IMG/VR virus record: IMGVR_UViG_3300042569_001787
Span: 28,751-92,750 of that record
Strand: one strand, 5' to 3'
DNA length: 64,000 bases
Source: a virus
How positions within the stretch are numbered: the stretch's first letter is position 1; each line of letters begins with the position of its first letter. This document shows positions 18,060 through 28,543 of the stretch, one piece after another. Position numbers and translations under genes: made by a program. Under the pieces are notes generated by a model, which was given only the letters and a program-made list of their open reading frames with translations, was not told the DNA's origin and did not search any database.

Positions 18060-18395
18060 ATGATAAAACACTATACCAAATATATTGAGACTCTTGGTGC
18101 CGACGAAGAACTTATAGAAACCTATAAGAATCTTAGACAGGCCTTTCAAAGAGAAGGATGGTCAGAAAAAGATTTAAAAAGCCCACCATACTACCCTCAA
18201 GATATTATGAAGAACCTTCAAAGGTTTAGTAGTTTACATTCAAAATTATTCCAAGAATTAAAAAGTTTTTTTCCTGATATTGACCACAATGAATTTGTTG
18301 ATTATCTTAGGGGTAAATTACAAATAATAGATTCAGAAACACCTTTACAAAATGGCAGTAAAAAAAGAAGAGATAATCGGGACGAAGATTATTAA
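18060..18395 (+). CDS. Hypothetical protein
   Basis: In-frame ATG 4 nt after TATTTAT. Confidence 0.55.
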   Translation: MIKHYTKYIETLGADEELIETYKNLRQAFQREGWSEKDLKSPPYYPQDIMKNLQRFSSLHSKLFQELKSFFPDIDHNEFVDYLRGKLQIIDSETPLQNGSKKRRDNRDEDY

Positions 18396-18594
18396 TGAGA
18401 TTGACTCAAGTAACTTAGTAAAAACTGAGTACGACACCGAAACCAAATTAATGGTGGTGGAATTTAAAAACGGTATGAAATATCAATATGATGCGGTACC
18501 TCATGAGGTTTACACAAGATTTAGAATGAATGAATCACAAGGTAAATTTTTTAACACAGAAATTTCTAAAAAATTCAAATATACTAAACTTTAA
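18352..18594 (+). CDS. KTSC domain protein
   Basis: SSNL...YD...VEFKNG.KYQY..VP.....ESQGKFFN. Confidence 0.85.
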   Translation: MAVKKEEIIGTKIINEIDSSNLVKTEYDTETKLMVVEFKNGMKYQYDAVPHEVYTRFRMNESQGKFFNTEISKKFKYTKL

Positions 18595-18624
18595 TTATTA
18601 TCAATATTCGACTATTTATTATTA

Positions 18625-19950
18625 ATGGGCGATTTAAAAAGTATATTAACTAGTTTTCAGGTGCAAGAGGAATTAAACCCTAAAATTTGGGATGATTCTT
18701 TAAAAAAAATGTCACCTAAAGTTAGGTCACGTCTACTTCAGATTGCTTATGAGTTTATAGAGTTTTTAAAAGTAGATATTGTTGTATCAGATGTTATAAT
18801 GATTGGGTCTCTTGTTAACTATAATTGGTCAAAATATTCAGATATAGATTTACATATTGTTGTAAATTTTAATCAATTTTCTGAAAACACCAAAGATTTG
18901 TATTTAGAATTTTTTGATTTGAAAAAAATTATTTTTAACCAAAAACATAATATAAATATGTTTGGGTATGATGTTGAGTGTTTTGTTCAAGATGAAAACA
19001 CAGAAGCATTTAGTAGTGGGGTATACTCGGTTTTATTTGATAAATGGGAAAACAAACCTAAAAAAGAAAATATTAAAATTGACCTTGAATTGATTAAAAA
19101 CAAATCAAAAAAATGGATGAGAATTATTGATGGGGTTATTGAAAATGTTAAAGATGAGTCTATTGACGAGGCTAAACAAATAATTGACAAATACAAGAAA
19201 AAACTTAAAAAGTATAGAACTTGTGGGTTAGAAGAGGGTGGTGAATATTCGGATGAAAATTTAGTTTTCAAAGTCCTAAGAAGAAATGGGTATATTGAAA
19301 AGTTATATCAATATAAAGATAATTATATTGATAAAAAATTATCCCTGAAGGAATCATCCACCAATATCGGAGGTAATTTTAAAACTGATTTAGAAAACGG
19401 GCCAAAAAATCACGGTAGTAGAAAATTAGGTAATTGGCAATCAGATAACGCTTGGGATATTTTCGCACCTCCCAATACAGTTGTTAATTCATATACTAAC
19501 GGTACTGTTACTAAAATTAGAGATACTGGAAAAAATTCTGGAAAAATTTTTGGAACACAAGTATCAATTAAAGGTGATGAGGGATTTCCCAATATTTTCT
19601 ACACTCACGTTAAAAATGTAAAACTAAAAATTGGTGATACTATTAAAGTTGGTGATTACATTGGGGTTATTTCTGAATGGATTGGTCATGACACAATGAC
19701 TCATGTACACATAGGTTTACCTTATGGTGAACATATAAGAAGTTTATTAAAAAATTCTGGAAAAATTTTTACTAATAAAACAAGTACTGACTATAATGTT
19801 GATAGTAATAACGATAAAAAAAATTCCGAGAATCCTGTCATTACCAAAGGTAGTGAAGAAAATACGGTTATTACCAAAGATATTAAAGGAAAGGATGAAG
19901 AAGTTAATAGTTGGTTAGCCCCATTATTGGCGGCATTAGGATTTAAATAA
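18625..19950 (+). CDS. Pol-beta-superfamily nucleotidyltransferase fused to an M23 peptidase
   Basis: IGSLVNYNWSKYSDIDLH...DVE; C-terminal AWDIF..GTV..YTHV..KVGDYIG..HVH. Confidence 0.78.
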   Translation: MGDLKSILTSFQVQEELNPKIWDDSLKKMSPKVRSRLLQIAYEFIEFLKVDIVVSDVIMIGSLVNYNWSKYSDIDLHIVVNFNQFSENTKDLYLEFFDLKKIIFNQKHNINMFGYDVECFVQDENTEAFSSGVYSVLFDKWENKPKKENIKIDLELIKNKSKKWMRIIDGVIENVKDESIDEAKQIIDKYKKKLKKYRTCGLEEGGEYSDENLVFKVLRRNGYIEKLYQYKDNYIDKKLSLKESSTNIGGNFKTDLENGPKNHGSRKLGNWQSDNAWDIFAPPNTVVNSYTNGTVTKIRDTGKNSGKIFGTQVSIKGDEGFPNIFYTHVKNVKLKIGDTIKVGDYIGVISEWIGHDTMTHVHIGLPYGEHIRSLLKNSGKIFTNKTSTDYNVDSNNDKKNSENPVITKGSEENTVITKDIKGKDEEVNSWLAPLLAALGFK

Positions 19951-20032
19951 ATGACTGAATTATGTTAGAACGATAACATTTTTGATTCTGAATATATTTA
20001 TAATATAAATTAATTTTAAAAAAAACAAAATA

Positions 20033-21340
20033 ATGGGAAACTTAAAACCAATCGGAAGTGAAAAATTACAAGGTATGGACAAAATCAACCGTATCATTGA
20101 GATTTCTAGATATAATGAAAATATGCCGATAGCTGTAAATGAAGATAAATCAATCGAGTATATAAAGACTTTATCTGACGGAAACAATTATCAAATTGTT
20201 AAAGAAAAAAACGGATATGTGATTAAAAAAACACTAGCCGAATCTGCGGGTAAAAATGATTACTTAGAACCAATGAAAAATAGAAAATACTATTCTTCTT
20301 ATTCACAAGCATTCAAACGCCTTAACTTAATTGCTAAAGAAGTTAATGTTAACGAAGGGTATGAATCAAATGTTTCATTATTTGGTGAGAGTGATGTAGA
20401 TGAAAAAGCGGCAACAAAATACATTTTAAAAATGGGGGAAACTAAGGAACAAACAGCTCCTGCTCCTGCACCTGCTCCCGCACCTGCACCTGCTCCCGCA
20501 CCTGCTCCCGCACCTGCTCCCGCACCGACAGATGACTTAGGTATGGAGGACAATTTAGGTATGGAAGAACCTGAAGGTGAAGAAATGGAACAACCTGAAG
20601 AGGATGAAGTTATAACATTAAAAGTTATTCAAAAATTGACAGGTAAATTAGCTCAGAAATTAAGAGCGTTCCAAGACTCTCAAGAAGATGAAGAACCAAT
20701 GACCTCTAAAGACATTAAATATGTTGTTAATTCTATATTATCGGCATTAAATTTAGAATCTTTAGACGAAGAAGATAAAGAAGATATCTTAAATAAACTT
20801 GAAGGTGCTGAAGATGACGAAGAATTTGGTGGTGAAGAAATGGATATGGAAGAACCTGACGGTGAAGAAATAGGTATTGAAGAGCCTACCGGTGAAATGT
20901 CTGAAAGTGATTTTGATATGGACGACCAAGAATTTGATGATAATTTATATGGTGAAGGTGGATATGAAGAAGAAGGTGGATATGAAGAAGTTGGTGAAGG
21001 ACATAACCATTACTCAAAAATTAAAGGTGTTAATCCAAAACATGGTAAACACATGGAAGATGTTATTGAAGGACTTTTTACCGAATCTAAAATTGATAAT
21101 ATATTAAAAAAATACTTTAAAATTGAGGAAAACGAAAAGAATTTAATTAAAGAAAATAAATTAAAAACTATTAGTAAAATTAAAACTGTTTCTGAAAGTA
21201 TTTCTCAAGAAGTTGCATCAACTAAGTTAGTGTCTAAATATCCTAACGCAAAACTTGTTGGAAAAACAAACCACAAAAATTTAGTGTTTGAAATGAACAA
21301 TAAACAATTTCGAGTTACTGTTAAAGGTCAGATACTATAA
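20033..21340 (+). CDS. Acidic head-associated protein with (PA)n linker
   Basis: PA repeat, D/E-rich tracts, late motif upstream. Confidence 0.6.
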   Translation: MGNLKPIGSEKLQGMDKINRIIEISRYNENMPIAVNEDKSIEYIKTLSDGNNYQIVKEKNGYVIKKTLAESAGKNDYLEPMKNRKYYSSYSQAFKRLNLIAKEVNVNEGYESNVSLFGESDVDEKAATKYILKMGETKEQTAPAPAPAPAPAPAPAPAPAPAPAPTDDLGMEDNLGMEEPEGEEMEQPEEDEVITLKVIQKLTGKLAQKLRAFQDSQEDEEPMTSKDIKYVVNSILSALNLESLDEEDKEDILNKLEGAEDDEEFGGEEMDMEEPDGEEIGIEEPTGEMSESDFDMDDQEFDDNLYGEGGYEEEGGYEEVGEGHNHYSKIKGVNPKHGKHMEDVIEGLFTESKIDNILKKYFKIEENEKNLIKENKLKTISKIKTVSESISQEVASTKLVSKYPNAKLVGKTNHKNLVFEMNNKQFRVTVKGQIL

Positions 21341-21750
21341 TGATTTATTTAATATATGTTAATGAATTAGGTCCTAATTATAAGGGTGATAACATATATG
21401 AATTTATATTTTCTGATAATTTAGAAAATATATGGGGGGAAAACTGGGAATCAAAACCGTCTAACGGTTACCCACTACCACCTGATTTAGAATTCATACG
21501 AAAAGTAGGGACTCTAAAAAATGACCAAGTTACATTATCAGTAATCCAAAATTCTGATAACTTCTCAATGTTGGATTCTATGGATGGTGTAATTGCTTTA
21601 GCTTGGGAGAATGAGAGTGACGAGGTTGATTTTGACCGTCAAAAAAGATTAGTGTTTAAATTCGGTGACGAAGAGGCCACAGTCAAAGATAAATTATATG
21701 AACGTGATATCGTTTTAGAATTTGAAAAAAAGGTTGTCTATGAAAACTAA
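21340..21750 (+). CDS. Hypothetical protein
   Basis: 136-aa ORF coupled to neighbours. Confidence 0.65.
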   Translation: MIYLIYVNELGPNYKGDNIYEFIFSDNLENIWGENWESKPSNGYPLPPDLEFIRKVGTLKNDQVTLSVIQNSDNFSMLDSMDGVIALAWENESDEVDFDRQKRLVFKFGDEEATVKDKLYERDIVLEFEKKVVYEN

Positions 21751-22669
21751 CCAAAAACAATTAAGATTAATACAACACGGGTTGAAAGCGTCCACTGTCA
21801 CTAGATTAAGTGAATCACAAGTGGATATTTTGTTTAACAGACTTAATGAGTCTAAAAAAGAAAATAAAGAACAAGTTACTAAAACTACTGAACCTGCTAA
21901 AGAAATTGTTACTATAGGGGCTCAAGGAGGCGATTTACCAAATAACCCAACAGGGAAGGGATATAAAGTTGAAAAGAAACCTGATGGTACTATGAAAGCA
22001 ACTCCCATGGAGACTGAGATGACAGAAGACACTGATTCTGAGATGAATTGGTTAATGAAAGGTGATACTCAAGACCCAGTTCAAAAAGGACCTACAGGTG
22101 ACGGTGACCCTGATTCATTACAAGAATATAAAACTCTTGCGGAAAAATTTGAGTCTAAAAAACAACAAAAATATTTCTTTTCTAAATGTGGTGATGGTAA
22201 AACAAAAGAACAAAAGAAATGGTGTAAAATGGCAGAAGAATTCGCTGACAAAACAAACTTTAAAAAGTTACCTGAAAAGAAAAAAACAGAAACAAAAGAA
22301 AGTGGTTTAAATAATTTAGTTAATAAAGTTTCTGCGGCATATGCGGGTGGTGTAAAAAATAAGTTGAATTCCATGTCTCCAAGCGTTACCTTTGGTGAAA
22401 ATGAAATAGAAAAAAAAATTATGAAACTAGTTGAAAAACATATTACACCAAAAATGACTAAAAGGGAATTCCTTAATTTAGTTAAAGAACAAGGCCCTAA
22501 AACGGCTCCATCAACACCAGGGGTTAGACCTGATGTTGATACCCCAACAAGACCATCAAAACCTGGAACACCATACCTACCTAAACCAGGCGTTAAACCT
22601 GCACCTAAAGCCAAACAAAAGGTACCAAGTTGGTTGTCATTTAAATCATTAGGAATTAAATTAAAGTAA
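21740..22669 (+). CDS. Hypothetical virion-associated protein
   Basis: ORF with many LxE motifs and a Pro-rich tail; start placed at the in-frame ATG. Confidence 0.6.
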   Translation: MKTNQKQLRLIQHGLKASTVTRLSESQVDILFNRLNESKKENKEQVTKTTEPAKEIVTIGAQGGDLPNNPTGKGYKVEKKPDGTMKATPMETEMTEDTDSEMNWLMKGDTQDPVQKGPTGDGDPDSLQEYKTLAEKFESKKQQKYFFSKCGDGKTKEQKKWCKMAEEFADKTNFKKLPEKKKTETKESGLNNLVNKVSAAYAGGVKNKLNSMSPSVTFGENEIEKKIMKLVEKHITPKMTKREFLNLVKEQGPKTAPSTPGVRPDVDTPTRPSKPGTPYLPKPGVKPAPKAKQKVPSWLSFKSLGIKLK

Positions 22670-22673
22670 GAAA

Positions 22674-23990
22674 ATGAGTCTAAATCCAAATACAGAAAAA
22701 AACCTAAAAGTTAAAAAATTTTTAGAAAAAAAATTAGTTAGTGAAGGGTTAACTAATAATGAACGTAGTCTTTTAAGTGAGTTAAAAAATAACTTAAAAG
22801 AAGCACCTATTGATTATGAAGGGCCTGAAAGAATGGAACCTAATATTGAAAGAAAAATTACGTCAAAAGAGACGCCTTACAATAACTTTCCTGCAATCCC
22901 TAAAATGGATAAGGATTATATTGAATTAATATCATCAAAAAGATTTAAAGATTCTGTAGATAAAGTTAGAAGAGCCATGGGTGACACCAGAGTAATCCAA
23001 GGGGGTAATCCATTAAATAATTTAATGATGACCGCGATGCAATCGTTACAAACAGTTGTATCAATTCAAATGGAAAACAAAGAAGTTTTAGAACAACTTG
23101 CCGTTGATTTAGTTATTAAAGAGATGGGTATTCCTGAAGGAGCAATGCAGTTTGACGCTAAATTAGTTATGAGACCTATGGGTGCGGCAGAAGGAATGAA
23201 AGAAGAACCTGAAATGCCTAGCGAAGAAGAAATCGAAGAGTTTATGGGTGACGCCGAAACATTTGATTTAGAAAGAGCTAAAAGAAGATTTATTAACTCA
23301 CTTATTCAAGGTGCGGCGTTTAAAGGCGGTCACATGTTTAATTTAGTTTCAAGAGAACTTAATGATATTGACTCTAGATTAATGAATTTATATACCGTGT
23401 CACAATCTTTAATGGAACACGCATATTGGTTATTCCCTGATATGGAAGGAATGGCTGGTGGCGGTGGTGGTCAAATGGGACAATCAGAAGTTGATACCGA
23501 AACTGACCCACCAACAGTTAAAGCAAGAGCAATGACATTCCCGCTTTTAATTCATGAATTAGTTAAAGGTATTTACGAAATATTTGGTACTCACGGTTTA
23601 CCTGATGACCCAAAACAACAAGAAATGATTATGAGTGCTGAAGATACTTTACCGGCAGAAATTTGGGATTCTCGATTAGGTCCAATTTTTTGGGAAAAAT
23701 TCTTACAAGCTTATCCAATCGAATTGTTTGATGAAGATATGAAACACATCCAACATTACTTATTTATGAGATTTTCTAAATTAAATGCTGAAGAATTTTT
23801 TAGAGTCGCTAAACTTATACTTTCAGGTGACCCACAAGGAACTCAATTTATTCAGAGGATGGTTAATGAAATTGTTACTGAATTGAAAGAATATGACGCG
23901 GAAGAAGCGTTGAGTGGCGGTGACGATGAAGATGACGATGAAGGATTTGATGATTTCTTAAATGGACTAGGATTATCGAGACCAAAATAA
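22674..23990 (+). CDS. Hypothetical protein upstream of terminase
   Basis: 438-aa ORF. Confidence 0.7.
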   Translation: MSLNPNTEKNLKVKKFLEKKLVSEGLTNNERSLLSELKNNLKEAPIDYEGPERMEPNIERKITSKETPYNNFPAIPKMDKDYIELISSKRFKDSVDKVRRAMGDTRVIQGGNPLNNLMMTAMQSLQTVVSIQMENKEVLEQLAVDLVIKEMGIPEGAMQFDAKLVMRPMGAAEGMKEEPEMPSEEEIEEFMGDAETFDLERAKRRFINSLIQGAAFKGGHMFNLVSRELNDIDSRLMNLYTVSQSLMEHAYWLFPDMEGMAGGGGGQMGQSEVDTETDPPTVKARAMTFPLLIHELVKGIYEIFGTHGLPDDPKQQEMIMSAEDTLPAEIWDSRLGPIFWEKFLQAYPIELFDEDMKHIQHYLFMRFSKLNAEEFFRVAKLILSGDPQGTQFIQRMVNEIVTELKEYDAEEALSGGDDEDDDEGFDDFLNGLGLSRPK

Positions 23991-23996
23991 TGAAAC

Positions 23997-25766
23997 ATGT
24001 TAAATTTATCCAAAGAACAGGTACTAATCGAGTACGTAAAATGTCATAAGGATGTAAAATACGCGTTAAGAACTTATCTACAAACCTACGACAATACAGT
24101 TTCTAAATACGTACCATTAGAATTATTTCCTGACCAAGCATCATTACTTGAAGATTACGAGAATTATAACGAAAACATCGCCCTAAAATATCGACAAGCG
24201 GGAGTATCTACAGTTACCGCCGCTTGGGCTTCGATGAAACTTTCTTTTGCTAAAAAAAATAAACCCGAAAAAGTTCTTATAATTGCTAATAAACTTGATA
24301 CGTCATTAGAAATGGCGAACAAGATTAGAGCCTTTGTTGGTCAATGGCCAAGTTGGGTTGGGGTTGACTTTGCAGTTGAAAAAAACTCACAAAAACATTA
24401 TAAATTAAATAACGGTAGTGAGGTTAAAGCCGTTGCAACATCTAAAGATGCCTTACGTGGATTTACTCCTACAATACTTGTATTTGATGAGGCGGCGTTT
24501 ATCGAGGCCGACAGTGATTTTTGGGCGGCTTGTATGGCGTCCCTATCTACAGGAGGTAAAGTAATTGTAGTCTCAACGCCAAATGGTTATGACCGAATTT
24601 ATTATGAAATATACGACCAAGCATTAAGAAACATGAATGACTTTAGGATTACTGAAATGTATTGGTTTCGTGACCCTCGTTATACAAAAGATTTATATTT
24701 AGTTAAAACCGAGGATATGATTCACTATCTTTTAAATAAAGAAGAGTACAGTGAAAAAGATATACTTAGTTGGTCACATATACCAGCATCCGAAAGAGAT
24801 TATAGTGAACTAAAAAAATTAATGGACCAAGGTTATAAACCTTGTTCTTCTTGGTTTGAGGCGATGGTTAAGAAATTAAAATATGATAAACGTAAAGTAT
24901 CTCAGGAGTTGGAATGTAACTTCTTAGGTTCAGGTGATAACGTATTTGATTCTAAAATGTTACAAACTATTAGAGAAAATTCTATTACAGAACCCAAGAA
25001 TAAAATGATGGGTAATGCTTTATGGATTTGGAAAGAACCTGTTGTTGGTCATAAATACATTATGGGGGTTGACGTATCTCGTGGGGATAGTGAAGATTTT
25101 AGCTCCTTTCAAATTATTGATTTTGATGAGAGAGAACAGGTTGCGGAATATGTTGGTAAATTACCACCAGATACTATGGCGGAAATTTGTTATAAATGGG
25201 CCAACATGTATTCATGTTTTATTGTAATTGATATTACAGGTGGGATGGGTGTTTCCACATCAAGAAAATTACAGGAAATGGGTTACAAAGACTTATATGT
25301 TGATGGTGTCGATACGGCTAATAAGTGGAAATACGATGCCAAGGCACATGAAAAAATACCAGGGATTAACTTTAACAATAAAAGGGTTCAAATTATCGCG
25401 TCATTTGAAGAGGGGGTGAGACATGGATTTAAAATTTATAGTTCAAGACTTTTTAATGAAATGAATACGTTCATCTACATTAATGGCCGTCCTGACCACC
25501 AAAAAGGACATCATGACGATTTAATTATGTCGGTGGCTATGGCAACTTACGTTGCCGAGTCTTCATTTAGTAATTTGACTAAGGTTGTTGAGCACACTAA
25601 AGCGATGATTGAGGCTTGGGCGGTTAATAATAATGACCAAACATCAAAAAAATTAGAATTTAATCCTGTTATACCGCACATGTCTGAAAGAATTAATCAG
25701 TATAACAGTCAGAACATGTCTAGAGAAGATTATCAAAAGTATGGTTGGTTATTTGGCGTTAGATAA
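23997..25766 (+). CDS. terL: Terminase large subunit (T4 gp17-like)
   Basis: KYRQAGVST Walker A, LVFDEAAF Walker B, VSTPNG, GVDVSRG nuclease motif, HDDL. Confidence 0.95.
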   Translation: MLNLSKEQVLIEYVKCHKDVKYALRTYLQTYDNTVSKYVPLELFPDQASLLEDYENYNENIALKYRQAGVSTVTAAWASMKLSFAKKNKPEKVLIIANKLDTSLEMANKIRAFVGQWPSWVGVDFAVEKNSQKHYKLNNGSEVKAVATSKDALRGFTPTILVFDEAAFIEADSDFWAACMASLSTGGKVIVVSTPNGYDRIYYEIYDQALRNMNDFRITEMYWFRDPRYTKDLYLVKTEDMIHYLLNKEEYSEKDILSWSHIPASERDYSELKKLMDQGYKPCSSWFEAMVKKLKYDKRKVSQELECNFLGSGDNVFDSKMLQTIRENSITEPKNKMMGNALWIWKEPVVGHKYIMGVDVSRGDSEDFSSFQIIDFDEREQVAEYVGKLPPDTMAEICYKWANMYSCFIVIDITGGMGVSTSRKLQEMGYKDLYVDGVDTANKWKYDAKAHEKIPGINFNNKRVQIIASFEEGVRHGFKIYSSRLFNEMNTFIYINGRPDHQKGHHDDLIMSVAMATYVAESSFSNLTKVVEHTKAMIEAWAVNNNDQTSKKLEFNPVIPHMSERINQYNSQNMSREDYQKYGWLFGVR

Positions 25767-25787
25767 TATTTATTAATAAAACATCAC

Positions 25788-25943
25788 ATGGGATTAACTT
25801 CTAGAAAAAAATCGGGGAATAAGATTAATGGTAGTAAATTAAACGTGCCTGGTCAGGGTATTAGTAATGTTAAACCTGGTGGTGATAATAAAATAAACCA
25901 ACAAAAAGGTGACCCTAACAGAAAAAAAGGTAATCAAAATTAA
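25788..25943 (+). CDS. Small basic protein (51 aa, not in ORF track)
   Basis: MGLTSRKKSGNKINGSKLNVPGQG...; TATTTAT upstream. Confidence 0.5.
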   Translation: MGLTSRKKSGNKINGSKLNVPGQGISNVKPGGDNKINQQKGDPNRKKGNQN

Positions 25944-25980
25944 CTATTTAATTATAGATAATTAGAATTAAATTTATTAT

Positions 25981-27804
25981 ATGGAAAATAATCAAAATAA
26001 TCAATTTACAGTTTGGCAGAGGTTATCCCAAGCTTTTGGGCCTAACGCCCTGTTAAATCAAGATTATCCAACATATAATTTAGACAAGACTGAGTTATTA
26101 AAAACATCATCAAAACAGGAATACGAAAGAGAAAAACTACAAGCTCAACAAACGTTTTACTTAGCCAATCAATGGACAAAAATTGAGAGTAACTTATATA
26201 CTCAAGCGGTTTATTATGAACCAACAAGATTAGCATCATTCTATGATTACGAATCTATGGAATATACTCCCGAAATTTCGGCGGCTTTAGATATCTACGG
26301 TGAAGAATCAACAACTGTTGACCAAAATGGATACATGTTACAAATTTATTCAGAATCTAAACGTATTAAATCAATCTTAATTGATTTATTTAATAATGTT
26401 TTAGACATCAATACTAATTTACCAATGTGGACAAGAAATACCGCAAAATACGGTGATAATTTCGTTTATCTAAAATTAGACGCCGAGAAAGGTATTGTTG
26501 GTTGTATGCAATTACCAAATATTGAGATTGAACGACTTGAAAGAGGTATGGCGGCAAAATCTGCAAACGTTGAGGAACCCGTAGAAAACAAAGGTTTAAG
26601 ATTTAAGTGGAAAGCTAAAGACATGGAATTTAATTCATGGGAAATTGCTCACTTTAGATTATTAGGTGATGATAGAAAATTACCTTATGGTACTTCTATG
26701 TTAGAAAAAGCAAGACGTATTTGGAAACAATTATTATTGTCGGAAGACGCAATGTTAATCTATCGAACTTCAAGAGCACCTGAAAGACGTGTATTTAAAG
26801 TTTTTGTTGGTAACATGGACGATAAAGATGTTGAGTCATATGTACAACGTGTTGCAAACAAATTTAAACGTAGTCAGGTGGTTGATAGTCAATCAGGTAA
26901 TGTTGATATGAGATTTAACCAAATGGCGGTTGACCAAGATTATTTTATTCCTGTTCGTGACCAAGCAGCGCCAAATCCAATTGATACTTTACCTGGAGCT
27001 CAGAACCTTTCTGAAATTGCTGATATTGAATACATCCAAAAGAAATTATTAACCGCACTTCGGGTACCTAAGGCGTTTTTAGGGTTTGAGGAAGTAGTTG
27101 GTGATGGTAAGAATTTATCATTACAAGACATCCGTTTTGCAAGAACAATTAATAGAATTCAAAAATCTATGATTGCAGAAATGAATAAAATCGCTATCAT
27201 ACATTTATTCTTATTAGGTTTTGAAGATGAATTATCAAACTTTACCTTAGGATTAACTAATCCATCAACACAAGCCGATTTATTAAAAATTGATGTTTGG
27301 AAAGAAAAAGTTTTATTATACAAAGATGCTGTAACGGCAATCGAGGGTATTGCACCAGTGTCAGTGACTTGGGCTAAGAAACATGTACTAGGATTCTCGG
27401 ATGAAGAAATTAAATTAGATTTGCAACAACAACGTGTTGAAAAAGCCGTTGGGGCAGAATTAACTAATACCGCAACTATTATCAACCATACAGGAGTATT
27501 TGATAATATTGACAAATTATATGGTGTTAAATCAGGCTCAACTCAAAATGTGGGGGCGACCCCACCACCTTTAGGAGGATTAGGAGGTCCTGAAGATACT
27601 GGCGGAGGAGCACCACCACCACCTCCAGGTCCTGAAATAGGTGGTGACGCGGGGATAACACCTGAGTCATTTAAACGTGATAATTTATCAATTTTATTAG
27701 AAAGTGATAACTTAACAGAGTCAGATTCATTTATTGATTTATCTAAAGCAAGAAATTCTTTAGGTGAAATAGAGAAAGAATTAAACAAAATTCTAAAAGA
27801 TTGA
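25981..27804 (+). CDS. Portal protein (T4 gp20-like)
   Basis: EDAMLIYRTSRAPERRVF..VGNM, DYFIP, IDTLPG, ALRVP. Confidence 0.95.
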   Translation: MENNQNNQFTVWQRLSQAFGPNALLNQDYPTYNLDKTELLKTSSKQEYEREKLQAQQTFYLANQWTKIESNLYTQAVYYEPTRLASFYDYESMEYTPEISAALDIYGEESTTVDQNGYMLQIYSESKRIKSILIDLFNNVLDINTNLPMWTRNTAKYGDNFVYLKLDAEKGIVGCMQLPNIEIERLERGMAAKSANVEEPVENKGLRFKWKAKDMEFNSWEIAHFRLLGDDRKLPYGTSMLEKARRIWKQLLLSEDAMLIYRTSRAPERRVFKVFVGNMDDKDVESYVQRVANKFKRSQVVDSQSGNVDMRFNQMAVDQDYFIPVRDQAAPNPIDTLPGAQNLSEIADIEYIQKKLLTALRVPKAFLGFEEVVGDGKNLSLQDIRFARTINRIQKSMIAEMNKIAIIHLFLLGFEDELSNFTLGLTNPSTQADLLKIDVWKEKVLLYKDAVTAIEGIAPVSVTWAKKHVLGFSDEEIKLDLQQQRVEKAVGAELTNTATIINHTGVFDNIDKLYGVKSGSTQNVGATPPPLGGLGGPEDTGGGAPPPPPGPEIGGDAGITPESFKRDNLSILLESDNLTESDSFIDLSKARNSLGEIEKELNKILKD

Positions 27805-27823
27805 TATTTATAAATAAAAAGAG

Positions 27824-28543
27824 ATGACAAATTTTGGAATAATTAAATCAAAGATTGAAGATGTGTTATTAGAGTCATATAAAAATGACACATTTAAAGA
27901 AGAATTCAAAAAATTTAAAAAGTTAGTTTTAGAAAATAAAAAGATACGCAAACTTTTTTATTTGTATGATGATTTATCTTCTAATAAAGGATTGGCAGAA
28001 TCTATTGTTGACGATTATGTGAATGAATGTATTACCATTTATGAAAATACCATTAATAAAATACAAGAGTCGGATATTACCCCACTAAAGTTATGGGTTA
28101 AAAATTCTAAAGTTGTTAATCAGTATAATAATATTGATAATTTATTCTCAAGAGATATTTTAACAATTGAATCAAGAATAACAAGTAAAAAACTTATTTC
28201 TGAAACTATTAAGAAATTACCTATCAAGAAAACAGACACCGTTCAAATTCCGTTAACCTCTATGGTAAACATTGCAAATAAAACAATCTCAAATTTTATT
28301 GAGTCATTGAGTGAGTCAGATAAAAAAGAATTAACAAAATTTTTATCTGAAGATGATGTTACTTTAAATCAAAAATTTGATAATGTTAAAGAAAGTGTTG
28401 TGAATAAATTAACTGAAATGAAAAATAATAATAAGGACAAGTCAACTCAAATAAGAATTGATGAAACTCTTGATAAAGTAATATCAGAAAAATACGACAA
28501 GTTAACTTATTTCAAACTTAAAAGTTTGAATGAGAATCTTTAA
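27824..28543 (+). CDS. Hypothetical head-module protein
   Basis: 239-aa helical ORF after the portal gene. Confidence 0.65.
   Translation: MTNFGIIKSKIEDVLLESYKNDTFKEEFKKFKKLVLENKKIRKLFYLYDDLSSNKGLAESIVDDYVNECITIYENTINKIQESDITPLKLWVKNSKVVNQYNNIDNLFSRDILTIESRITSKKLISETIKKLPIKKTDTVQIPLTSMVNIANKTISNFIESLSESDKKELTKFLSEDDVTLNQKFDNVKESVVNKLTEMKNNNKDKSTQIRIDETLDKVISEKYDKLTYFKLKSLNENL

Noticed and set aside
22674-23990. Metalloprotease call from 'IHELVKG'
   Set aside because: The second His of HExxH is missing
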